Below are positions 23,125-34,382 of a DNA stretch of 64,000 nt, in pieces. Location: positions 67,233 to 131,232 of the forward strand of contig JAADVB010000018.1 of NCBI GenBank assembly GCA_023334545.1. The letters are read 5' to 3'. The stretch is from Salisapilia sapeloensis CBS 127946 (Eukaryota; Protista; Oomycota). The translations under genes were made by a program, and so were the position numbers. Under the pieces are notes generated by a model. The model was not told the origin of the DNA. It did not search any database and saw only the letters and a list, made by a program, of their open reading frames with translations. Each line of letters begins with the position of its first letter. The stretch's first letter is position 1.

Positions 23125-24884
23125 TCATGTTGATCCGAACTTGGATTGCCACTGCTTGTACTTGCGTTGCCATAAGCTAGTGGATGGTTTTGTCTTATCG
23201 AGAGCTTGTGCCAAGTCATTTGGCTGGACTTTTTCTAATAAATCTTGCCAATTATGCACTGGAATGGTAGTTAGTATATGCAATGTTGCTTTCATCAATA
23301 CGAATACGTACCTGCGTCTCCTACTTGATTATTTCCGTTATTACTCCCACTTTCTAAAGTTTCAATTTGATGCATGAGTCGACGTACTGGCATCATGCAT
23401 GTCTCTTTTGCGACTAGCTTTAAATCTGCACCAGAGTAGCCTTCGGTCGATGTCACAGCCACCTCCACGTCAAAGTCGGTCGATACATACGGCTCAAGCA
23501 ATGTATGCAAAAGCACTCTTCTTGCATCTGGTGAAGGCAAGTCAACTAAAACTCTCTTCTCAAGTCGGCGTAGCATGGCAGCGTCTAATTCCCATGGAAT
23601 GTTACTCGCCGCAAGCACGAACACGACATCATCTGTCTTAGTTAATCCGTCCATTTGAATCAGAAGTTCTGTTTTCATACGCCTACTGGCTTCGTGCTCT
23701 TGACCTCCCCCTCCACTCTCACGTTGACCCATGATCGAATCAATTTCGTCAAGAAAGATAGTCGACGGCGCGTGATACCTGGCTAGCTCGAATAGTAATC
23801 GAATAAGCTTTTCCGAGTCCCCTCGATATTTACTTACTATGGATGATGCCGAAATGTTAAAAAATGTTGTTTGGCACTCGGTTGCCACGGCCTTTGCCAG
23901 CATTGTCTTTCCGTTGCCTGGTGGACCGTAGAGTAAAATGCCACACCAAGGGGACAAGAGACCAGAAAACAATTCAGGGTATCTGAGTGGCATTACGACA
24001 GCTTCTTTTAATAAACGTTTAGTTTCGTCCAGTCCAACAACATCCTCCCATCGAACGTTTGGGTTTTGCTGGAATATTTCTCGGGTGATGGTTTCAGCGA
24101 GAGGTTTGAGCTCGGTGTCGAGAAATGCTGTTGGCAATGGCTTCAGAAGTCGTTCTTCTACAGACTCACTTTTGTTATCTTCTTTTGCTTGCTTCTTTGT
24201 GCTGGATGTGTTTGTTGGCTTGTAACCCACAAGTCCCAAATCTGGACCATCCGCTTCCTGCTCTTCGGGTGGTGTCTGTTTCGAGGGCGCCGTGGTTTTG
24301 CTCGGTATATGCCGGGTCGATCCAGACGCATTGGTGCTACTCGAACTTATCGCCTTAATAGCTACGTTTGATTCGACACGTGCTTCTGATGGCATATTAG
24401 GGGAGCTATACTCATTTCTTTTCCTTCGATTTTCTCTCGCGACTGCTTTCTTGTCTCCAACCGATTTTGCACGCTCGTGATCTTCTGGCGATAGTCGTCG
24501 AACTAGCTTTGGCTTTTTACCGAATTTCACCTCTTCATACTCTTCATATTCCTATACGAGTGATGTCATGCTCTATTTTAATTATGTGAAAAAGTGATGA
24601 CGACATACCTGAACAATTCGCAAGAGGTCAAGATTATCAACCACCTCAAACTTAGAGATCGCAACTCCTGCTTCTTGCTGCAGTCGTTCAGCTGTTTGCA
24701 GATACCCATTCTCGGCACAGTAATGCTGCATTAGAATCAGTACATTGCGCTTGCGCTCAATTAATCTCTTTTCTTCCTAGCATTCGACAAATCAATATCT
24801 TTGATATAAATCAAAGTTTCTAGAAGAATTAAATACAGCTAAACGACTCTCATTCTGCGCTTTCAGCTGCATTAAACCACTCAT
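23125..24884 (-). CDS. KATNAL2: Katanin p60 ATPase-containing subunit A-like 2 (LisH + AAA); introns 24777-24836, 24552-24608, 23259-23311 (529 aa)
   Basis: N-terminal [31 protein letters not shown]...[32 protein letters not shown]; Walker A GPPGNGKT; Walker B IFLDE; C-terminal [12 protein letters not shown]. Confidence 0.9.
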
Positions 24885-25091
24885 CTTGATACTTTAGATG
24901 TTGGGACAGATTGACAAGTCAGGTTGGAATCATGAAGGACAAAATGGGCGTTTCATGTCTGTGGAAAGTCAGACTAGAAGTATTCATATGCGACTCTTGC
25001 GATCGACACTGCTATATCCATTTTAAATTGTTAAGCAACAGCATATAGCTTTCTAAAGAATACCTGTGCATCGAGATCTACCACAGATAGG

Positions 25092-25400
25092 ATGGCAACG
25101 GAAGTAAGTGAACAGGAATACCGAAAGATTTCGTCTCGACCTCACCTCAAGCACAATGACATGACATCCGAATTGTGCACGGAAGCACTTGAAATCGTGA
25201 CGATGGCGTGTGACAAGCACGTTCCGATGAAGAACTATGAAGCTGCAGCGCAGCTCATCAAACAGAGTATGGACAAGAAATTTGGTGCATCTTGGCACTG
25301 TTTTATCGGCGAAGGCTACGGATTCGACATCAGCTACCAACAACGACACATGCTGTATCTATACGTTGGTGAGATCGGCGTACTCATTTTCAAGTGCTGA
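25092..25400 (+). CDS. DNAL4: Axonemal dynein light chain 4 (LC8 family)
   Basis: KHNDMTSELCTEALEIVTMACDKH...YEAAAQLIKQSMDKKFGASWHCFIGEGYGFDISY...LYLYVG...LIFKC, a DNAL4-type rather than cytoplasmic LC8 pattern. Confidence 0.8.
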   Translation: MATEVSEQEYRKISSRPHLKHNDMTSELCTEALEIVTMACDKHVPMKNYEAAAQLIKQSMDKKFGASWHCFIGEGYGFDISYQQRHMLYLYVGEIGVLIFKC

Positions 25401-25680
25401 TCAGTTCCACCATTTTCGTTAAGGAAACGAACTATAGCAGAGAGGATAAATTTCTATCAAATGAATGTGACTTGGAGATCGATTGTTCTGCTGTGTTGTC
25501 ATCAACTTCATTCTTATCAATATCCTTTGGGCGAGCTATACTTGACGCTGATACAAGACAAGAATACGTGAATTCTGTATTTGCGAAGCGAATCGTTTTC
25601 GTTATGCTACACTCCAAATGTCTTGCTATGACTCTACTTGTGGTAAATAAATAGCGGACCAAGATGTTCCTGCACTACGA

Positions 25681-26016
25681 CTAGACAGCAACAGCTTCTC
25701 TGCTTTCGTCCAAACCCTTGGTTTGTTGCATCTCCCGTCTAATTCGTTCCTTAATCTCGCGATCGGAATCGATCGTCAGCTCCGCTGCTTCTGGTTGCGA
25801 CTTGATAATACAACGACGTACTCCTTTGATCAGAATCAGCAGAATAAGTACTCCAGCATAGCATCCAGCCGCAAGATAACAATTTATTTCCGCTCTTTTT
25901 GCATCGGCTTTCAATCCCCGCACATACGTCGGTTCGAATCGAAAGACGAGTCCGAACAATGGTAAGAGAAGAGTACCTGCAGCTGATATTAGCGTCAAAG
26001 CCACTAGCTTACTCAT
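25681..26016 (-). CDS. Small two-TM protein, RNase kappa / V-ATPase subunit f-like
   Basis: Two hydrophobic helices flanking a loop, with NCYLAAGCY matching the family's C.IAA..Y motif. Recognition by eye only. Confidence 0.5.
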   Translation of the reverse strand: MSKLVALTLISAAGTLLLPLFGLVFRFEPTYVRGLKADAKRAEINCYLAAGCYAGVLILLILIKGVRRCIIKSQPEAAELTIDSDREIKERIRREMQQTKGLDESREAVAV

Positions 26017-26228
26017 TCTCGTAGCGAAACTTGTTTATGATGGAGACTGTACTGTCGACTTGGAAGGTTCTGAAGAGAGATCCGAGTCCAAGTACTCCGG
26101 AGCTCGTCTCATCCGTTTCAAGATAAAAGTGGGTTCATGATATTCTATAAGGTACGAATGATTTTTATTTCTTATCGAAGATATATGTTGATTACTCTTC
26201 TACTATTGTGGTGGTTTATATTGGAAGT

Positions 26229-27896
26229 TTATACTGGAGATCTACCTTCATGGAAACTCTTGAGTTCCGTGACACGGACGAATCGATGGTAGATCAGCGG
26301 ATGAAGCTGACTCAATCGCGTCGGGTGCTCCGCGAAGCATACAAATAACGTCTTAATCACTCCACCAACGAGGTGCACAGCAATGGCTACTGCACTATAG
26401 CTCGCAACGAATGTGATGCCAGATACTAGTAGTGGCATGTCGACTTGAGTACCCATAGTTAAAAGAGCGATGGTTGCAATGAGACCGGCCCACCCATTGG
26501 AAATAAAGAAGAGCGATCGACTTGTTAGATCATCATCGACAATCGCTTCCACACCTCTTGCTTGCATCAACTGCCACGTATCATGTGCTGCAGCGTAGAA
26601 TGGTTTGGAGTACCCCGCGATATGAGCGAAAGAATACTTGTGGTAGGACTTGATAAGGTGTTCTACTCGAGACGATCGAAGCCACGAGTACTTTTGTCGG
26701 ATGGAAGACTCGTCTCGAGTCGCCCATCGAAGTACATTCCAGATGAAGTGGGAGAGCGGACAGATCAACGATCCGATGCAGATGGACCCAAAAGATGTTG
26801 TGAGGGAGCACCGGAAGTAATGGAAGACGACGTGGCGATTCATAGAAGTGGGTTTGTGGAACCACATAGAGGATGGTGCTTCCTCATCTTCTGGTGGATC
26901 GATGTGGTCTGATACTTCAAGAGTGTCATCAGGTGACTCTTCTTCCTCCACTGCTTCGGTTTTGTTGTACCAGATCATTGTTGTGCCTGCTACGACGACT
27001 GTGACGATATTTTTAAAGACGTTGGACGTCCAGTAGAAGTGAAAGTAGAGGTAGAGCATGCTGACTGAAAGAGGAGACACGCCATGGTCTGTGGTGATGG
27101 CTATGGTCGTACAGAGCCAAGAGACCCAAATCGTGTACACAACTAATACACCTGTGGATACAACTAGTAGAGCAGTATGGTCTAGTAGGACGTCCGTCAC
27201 GAGATCGAAGAGGACGGCGACAAAATCGAAACCGGATTGGAACTTTACTTTCCATCCGAAATCGACTAGCACAACAAAGACGCCGATAATACCAATCGCA
27301 AGGGCTTCGTCACTAGTGTCAGCCGAGAGGAGAGATATGGTGAAGGATAAAAGACCGATGGAAGAGAAGGCGGTGGAAACGACGATTAATCGCTTCTTGC
27401 GACTCAATAAGAAGATCAGTTGCCATGTAATAGTAAAGAGGAGGCTCAAGACGGACAGCCAATGGAAGATTAACGCAATGGAAGAAGCGTCGAGAGTTGG
27501 GAGAGCTCGATCATCTACTTCGACTTGGCCGAGTGGTATTTCGGTCTCGATGGTAGTAGATACTTTTGACCGTTCTGGCAGAGAACGAATGTTTTTGGTT
27601 GCGAGGACTGCAATGATGATGTGAAGGATAAAGAGAAAGGTATAGACTTTATCACGGTATGTAGCTGGAGATGTGAGTGTCGGGAGAGGCCGATTGCCCT
27701 TGGGACTAGCTGCAGAAGATGGCAATAAATGGTCCTTGTCTTCGATGCTATCGTCATCTGTTGTCATTATGACAGTCGGAGGTAGTGTCAAGTTCTGTAG
27801 AGCCGACCGCGGTGTCTGCACAGCTACTGGAACATCGTCCGTGACCTTTAGAACGTCCTTGTCGTCATACTCGTGAACATCCTCCGAGTCACTCAT
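26229..27896 (-). CDS. Choline transporter-like (SLC44/CTL/PNS1) membrane protein
   Basis: About 10 TM segments; FYWTSNVFKNIVTVVVAG, SFGSICIGSLI, YSFAHIAGYSKPFYAAAHDTWQL, TLFVCFAEHP. Confidence 0.88.
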   Translation of the reverse strand: MSDSEDVHEYDDKDVLKVTDDVPVAVQTPRSALQNLTLPPTVIMTTDDDSIEDKDHLLPSSAASPKGNRPLPTLTSPATYRDKVYTFLFILHIIIAVLATKNIRSLPERSKVSTTIETEIPLGQVEVDDRALPTLDASSIALIFHWLSVLSLLFTITWQLIFLLSRKKRLIVVSTAFSSIGLLSFTISLLSADTSDEALAIGIIGVFVVLVDFGWKVKFQSGFDFVAVLFDLVTDVLLDHTALLVVSTGVLVVYTIWVSWLCTTIAITTDHGVSPLSVSMLYLYFHFYWTSNVFKNIVTVVVAGTTMIWYNKTEAVEEEESPDDTLEVSDHIDPPEDEEAPSSMWFHKPTSMNRHVVFHYFRCSLTTSFGSICIGSLICPLSHFIWNVLRWATRDESSIRQKYSWLRSSRVEHLIKSYHKYSFAHIAGYSKPFYAAAHDTWQLMQARGVEAIVDDDLTSRSLFFISNGWAGLIATIALLTMGTQVDMPLLVSGITFVASYSAVAIAVHLVGGVIKTLFVCFAEHPTRLSQLHPLIYHRFVRVTELKSFHEGRSPV

Positions 27897-28083
27897 TGCG
27901 ATTCCGATAGTGGCTTGCTAGCGATTTTAGTTGTTTGTATCCTTTTCGTATAAATAAATACAAAAATATACTATATTTTAATATAATTTACTTCAAATGT
28001 ATATACACATGGCTACTTTTGATACTCCTTGACACGAATACTCTAGCTTTTCATCTTTGGATCAGTATTGGTTTTTCGTAGAC

Positions 28084-29348
28084 ATGCAAGTACGATCATC
28101 CTTGTATACTTGTATAAACCACTTCTAGAAGCTAAAGTATATGTACCTAGCTACCAGTGACGCTCTTGGCTATGCTGGCCATGATCCTATTGTGGATCGT
28201 GGGCGCGATTTTTACACCTGAAGAGGAATCTGCTGGCGTGCTATCCATGTCCGTTTCCGAGTACGTCCCTATTCGAACCTACCACTCGACAAGTCTAATG
28301 ATGATTGCAGCGCAATGTTGGAGCACATTCGGCCATGGGTACATCTCACCGCAGGTTTCTACCATCCTCATGTGATCCAATTGGTCTTTATCCTACCAGC
28401 TACATTCGTCTTGGGGAAGCGCGTGGAGCCGGAGATTGGCTCCATGACGATGCTTAAGATGCTTGTCTTCGCCAACACAATGTCGACGCTGTCCCTCTTC
28501 GCTGACCTCTTTGGCTTTTATATCCTCTTCCGAGATCCGTCTTATTTGTACTTGTTATGCTTCTCTTTCGGTAAATCACGTACTGATATAGACGGATAGG
28601 ACGACAAATTTCGCTGGGTTCTACGGTGGTATCACTGCTCTCCTAGTTGGGTTCATGAAAGACATGCCCAATGCTTCGCTACCATCTTTGCCTGGCATAA
28701 AACGCCGCGTACGAGTCAATTGTACCTTGTGTAGGACTCTGTACTGATGCATGGTATAGTTCTACCCAATCTTGGCAACCACCTTCTTCTCAGCTCTTTC
28801 CATGGTCGGAAGTAACACACCATGGCTGGCAATCCGAACGATGCTCCTACCGGCCGGTCCATACTCGCTCTTTGGAGGTTTCTTCGGATGGTACTACCTC
28901 CGCTTCCTAGCGAAAAATGCGGATCGAACAATTGGAGACGTCTCGGAGGACTTTGCTCTTGTCTCTTTACTCCCAGACTGCTGCGGGTACTCCTACCAAG
29001 TCGTTTGATCCTTGGAAGGCTACTGACATGCGATGACATAGACGTCCTCTAGCTCCGTTGATGAACTTTTGCTTTAACGTCGCTCGACTGTGTGGATACT
29101 TTACAGACCGATCGTCCAAGACAGCTACTTCTCTCCCTGTCTACGTATGTTCTTTTCTACCACCAATCTATGATCGTGTCTTAACCGTCTATCTATAGGA
29201 CTCGAGAAGTGATCCGATCACAGAACGTCGAAAGTAAGTCTTGAGGTATACATGCACTAGACTGATTCATTCACATCGATATAGAGCAAGAGCAATGCGT
29301 GCGTTAGATGAGAAACTAGCCAAGTTGGCGACCGCTCGAGAGACATAA
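28084..29348 (+). CDS. TMEM115: TMEM115 / DUF1751 rhomboid-like membrane protein, multi-exon
   Basis: PWVHLTAGFY, GKRVEPEIGS, FAGFYGGITALLVGF, FGGFFGWYYLRFL, GDVSEDFALVSLLP, and C-terminal DPITERRKARAMRALDEKLAKL. Several GT-AG introns with CTGAT/CTGAC branch sites; exact exon borders partly inferred. Confidence 0.72.
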
Positions 29349-29390
29349 GTGATACAAATCTAAAAACCAAAACGTATGTCGTTGGATTAG

Positions 29391-30689
29391 CTAGTTGAAA
29401 AGCATCGAGACGGACTTTTTCCCATGGATGCTCTGAATGGCTTGCGCCACGAGCGGAGCAATGTCCAATTGCACAATCTTTTCGTTGCCTTCACAGCTCT
29501 TGGGCAATGGCGTCGTGTTCACCACTACCACTTCCTTTAACGCAGACTCCTTAATACGTTCACTTGCTGGTCCGTTGAATAGACCGTGGCTAGCGAATGC
29601 GTACACGTTCCGAGCGCCGTGGTCCGATAAGTGCTGCGCAGCTTTGCACAAAGTACCGGCCGTGTCGATCATATCGTCGACGATGATGCAGTCGGAGCCT
29701 TCGACGTTCCCGACGAGGTCCATCTTACCCACCTCATTCGCCTTGACACGCTGCTTGATGATCATGGCAAGTCCGGTCTGTTGCAAGTCAAACTTGCCGG
29801 CAAGCCACTCACGGAACTTCTTTGCACGGGCGACACCACCGGCGTCAGGAGAGACGACGACCGGGTTGACTAGATCGTGCTCGCCAAAGTACGAGACGCC
29901 GACGAGACCACCATCGAGGTTGTCCACAGGGACGCGAGGTCCGAAGAAGCCCTGGATCTGACCACAGTGGAGGTCCACAGCCACGACACGGTCGATGCCC
30001 ATGGCTTCCAATAGACGAGCGACGTCTGCGGCGGAGATAGGCACTCGAGCAGCCATCTTACGGTCCTATGGTGCATGCACGTAAGTATCTTGTCGGGAGA
30101 TAGGAAAACTAGCTGTTAATTGATATACATAGCTACTAGACTAGTAACTATCATGATGTGGTACGAGCTATTATGGATGTGAAGAGACAGAGATACGAGT
30201 ACTTACTTGTCGAGCGTAGCCATAGTATGGCACGACGGCAGTGATACGGCGAGCAGAGGCCCGTCGCATGGTGCTGACCATGAGGAGGAGCTCCATCAAG
30301 CTCTCGTTGACTGGCTGGCACGTCGGTTGGATGATATACACGTCCTTGCCACGCACGTTTTCATGCACCATGACGTTCACTTCGCCATCGGCAAAACGTT
30401 CGACCGTGATTTTACCAAGGTCGACGCCAACGAGTTTTGCAACGTTCTGTGCCAATTCCGGATTCGAAGTGCCGCTAAAGATCTTGAGGCCGTTGATCTT
30501 GGGCTGCTTCTTGGCAATCGCCGGACGAGGGTACTCGCCATCATCACTGTTCATATTGATGGCGATCTCCTGCGGCGCCGATCGGGCACTGGAGCTATTG
30601 TAACTGCCTAGCAAGGCTCCAGCGCCGAGTGCGGCGCCCATGAGCCGCGGCATCGGCTGTGAGGCTCGGCCAAGGAACTGTCGGAACAT
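29391..30689 (-). CDS. PRPS: Ribose-phosphate pyrophosphokinase with N-terminal targeting-like extension; intron 30066-30206 (385 aa)
   Basis: FADGEVNV, PYYGYARQ|DRK across the intron, VDLHCGQIQGFF, VVSPDAGGV, IIVDDMIDTAGT. Confidence 0.95.
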
Positions 30690-30842
30690 GCTTATTGCGA
30701 TATGCTGGGTGGCTGTCCATTAGGATGGATGGCGCTCGTCCTGGAATAATTCTTTATAATAAATACAAAATGTGTGTGTAAATGCGTACTTTAAAAAGGG
30801 ATATTGTGTAGTTTCACCGCTCGGACAATAAATTAGGAAGTT

Positions 30843-33800
30843 ATGCAGGCTACTAGTGGTACTCGGCGATCTCGTCCAGAGCGTCAGTCTGCAGATAGTG
30901 GATATGCTCATAGTCCATCCACAAGAAGTAGTGGTATCTACCCAAATTCTCAAAGTTCATCGTTATCGTCGTTCAAGCCGTCTGAGTACTCGAGTGAAAG
31001 CTCGAGTACTTTTCGAGTAGGCATGACGACACCACCGAAGAAACGAATGCATGGAAAGACACCGTTTAGTTCGACTTCATTTACACATGTATCTGAAAGT
31101 CAGGAGCAGGAGGATCCGTTGACGCCGAATAGTAGGAAGCAGCTCACTCTGATGAATCAACAGACAGAGGAAGATGAAAAGATGGAGGAAGAGGTAGACG
31201 CAGAGTTTACTTTTACACACACCTCAGATTGGAAGAAAGCAGATGAAGTCGTTGTCACTCCATCTAATATCGTCTACGACAGCTCCATTCGTCTGCAATT
31301 GAATAATCATGAAAGCATGCGACTAGAGACCATTGACTCGGACTCGGACGAAGCTGTTTTAAATGGTACAGGCAACGGTGTGGACACAGAAGACCAGACG
31401 TTCGAGTTTCTAAACGTCGACCGGATATCGCTTAGTGGTCCGGTGCAGTACGGCGATGTCGTCGGCATCCAGTGCACGTCCGGTCGATGGAAAGGATACG
31501 TGCTTCGAGTCGATAACGTCGACCGTACATGTGGCGTGAAAAAAGGTCCGGTATGTGGTCGACTAGAACGGTGGCTAGTAGTCCATCCGGACTCGACACC
31601 GGAAGCCTACGGCACACGTTCAAATCAGCAGAATCAGATCTTTTACTTTGGTCAAGAAGATGCTTCGGCTGCTTTAAAGCGTCCAGTGGAAACGGGAGAT
31701 AAGATCTGCCTCGTCTCCCTCGCGAATGACCTATACCTGTCTGCCATCCCGGATGCCGACGGCAATGTGGCTATCAAATTAGTATCCAAGGACGATCCTC
31801 TGGAGCCTGCTGTCCAAGCATGGCAAGTAGCACAGAAGAATCTACCGTATGAACCGAATTGGAATCGCCAACGACCGTACTTGACAGGCTCGTTTATGGT
31901 TGAAAGTGATGAAAAGCGAGAACAGAATCGAACGGCATCAGATGTGAACAAATCTCCATTAACGCGACTGCCTACGCCAGCACAAGAGACGTCTGTGATG
32001 GATGATCTCTTGTGTGCTTTGAAAGGCATCGAAGGCAAGTTTATCTTGCTTCGAGTATGGGAAGACCAAAGCAAGCGGTATGAGTTTTACATGGATAAAC
32101 ACAAGATGGACCAGTCCATTGCATCCATGGCATCTCGCTGTCTCCCACTAGGCTCGTACTATATCACTCTAAAGTTATTCGTCGAACAACAGTCTCGATA
32201 CGAGTATGGACATGTCAATCACGCGTTTTGTGCTGCGTTGAAAGTGCTATTGAAAGAATACATGGTCGTCGTCGGTCAGTTAGAGCGTCAGCATATGAAA
32301 CAATCGTCGTTCGGTCTGCAGCAGATGTGGCATTGTCTCCAGCCAAGTCTTTTGACGATGCAAAAGCTTTCGGTCTTAGCGACAAAGTGTCAGTCGCTTA
32401 CAGGTGGAGCGATATTAAGTCAAATCCAACGTATCAAGAGCTCGTTAGCAGGTGATGAAGCGTCGAATCGAGCTTTTCACTTCCTCCTCGTACGATCAAG
32501 TGTACCGTATTTAGAGATGGTAGAAGAATGGATTTATACAGGCAAGTTGGCAGATCCATACGATGAATTTATGGTCCAGTCCGATGAGAATTTAGGCATT
32601 GACGATCTCCAACGGAATATGAACTCAACGTACTGGACCAGTAGGTTTGTACTTCGAGAGGAAGAGACGCCATTGTTTCTACAACGTTCACAGAAAAAGA
32701 TTTTAGATGCTGGCAAGTACCTCAACATTTTTCGTTCTTGTGGTCGTTCAATCGAATGTCCATCTCGATCACCTCTATCGCTTTCAAACGAAACGTCAAC
32801 ACTGGATACAGCCATTGATAAGGCACACAAGTTTGCTAGTGAACGACTATTGCAGTTGTTTATGGATGAGTACGACTTGAAGAAACGATTGGAGTCGTTG
32901 AATCACTATTTTTTCATGGACCACGGAGACTTTTACGTCGACTTTTTAAATGTCGCGGAAGTCGAGTTGAAGAGTAAAGCAGCAGACGTACCAGTCGGGC
33001 GATTAGAAAGTCTCTTGCAGCTTAGTCTACAGACGAGTAGCTGTGCGAATGATAGATATAAAGAAGACATGACGTGCTTTTTAAGTCGAAGAGGGATGGT
33101 CCAGCAATTGGAAGTCATCCATGCAAGTAATAAGGAGAAGAGTGAGGTCGTACCGGAACCTGCGCTCGATAGGGCTGGCTACAAGGTGATTGATGCGTTC
33201 ACGTTGGATTATAAGGTCTCGTGGCCGTTGTCGTTGCTGTTGTCGTTTAGTGCCTTGAGCAAGTATCAACTCGTCTTCCGTCATCTCTTCTTCTGTAAGC
33301 ACGTGGAGCATCAGTTGAGTGAAGCGTGGTTGAACCATCAAGCTATCAAAGAGCTCCGGCTACGAGGTGTCATGACCCAATCCTTTCTTCTTCGCCATCG
33401 CATGCTCCACTTTGTTCAGAACTTTGTTTACTACATGACGTACGAAGTCATATCTCCTCGTTGGCATGAGCTCCAGACGCGACTACATAGCGTCGAGACA
33501 GTGGATGACGTCATGGTCGCACTTGAGTACTTTCTCGATATGGTCATGAAGGAGTGTCTGCTATCTCATGCCGATCTGCTACGTGCCGTAGCGCAAGTGA
33601 TGAACATGTGTGTGCACTTTGCAGGTCGCATCGAGTCTGTTGTTGGACCGTACATTATGGATGAAGAGACGATAAAGAACGAGAGGGAGGACCAGCGGAT
33701 GAGACGAGCGGAGAAGAAAGCTGAGCAAGATGCTGATCGGCTGCTGAAGAGACATACGAAGACGTTTGTCAAGAAAGGAGCCAACTTGAGACGACGTCCG

Positions 33801-34117
33801 AGCTCCCAAGTAGATCTTCGAAAGCAGCGGATTAAGGAACTGGAGACTGACATGAAGTCTGCTTTGAATCCACCAGAAGAAGGGCAGGTGAATCCGTATG
33901 TAAAAATGACCAAGGAGAATGAAGCCGAGTTTGATGCCCGACTGGATAAACTCATGAAGATGCTAGCTCGCAAATCTAAATCCGAGGTATGTAAGATATA
34001 CTGTCATGGTATTTGCGTTTATAGTCATGTTTGTATGTGTAGGCAGATGCCCACTTGTCGAATTTGGTGCGTCGTCTGGATTATAATGGTTTCTATGCAG
34101 ACTTGCAAAAGCAGTGA
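30843..34117 (+). CDS. TUBGCP2: Gamma-tubulin complex component 2 (Spc97/GCP2) with long N-terminal extension; intron 33987-34042 (1072 aa)
   Basis: DDLLCALKGIEGKFI, YEYGHVNHAFCAAL, PYLEMVEEWIYTG...DPYDEFMV, YFFMDHGDF, YKVSWPLSL, YQLVFRHLFFCKHVE. Splicing restores the canonical HLSNLVRRLDYNGFY end. GCP2 rather than GCP3 is judged by eye. Confidence 0.85.
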
Positions 34118-34382
34118 GGACGATGGTACAGAGGCTGTAGGTAAGAGCAGTACGAAATGGCAAGTGATCGTTAGACTTGAAATCTCCATAATGCTGTGTA
34201 CATCTATTTGATATTAATTTGATAAGACTATTTGACACGTCCAAAAGGTGTCTGTGGAAGTATCCTTTCGTATCATCTACTTAAACAATATCTGACTTGG
34301 CTTGCTATAAAATAGAAAAACAAGGTGAAGGGTCATTTGGATACGTCTCTTCAGACATCAAGGTCCGACTTGCCTTCAAGCC

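Noticed and set aside
34043-34211. Tracked GCP2 C-terminus VCKIYCHG...CTSI (1122-aa ORF)
   Set aside because: Read-through of intron 33987-34042; splicing gives the canonical RLDYNGFY end with stop at 34117.
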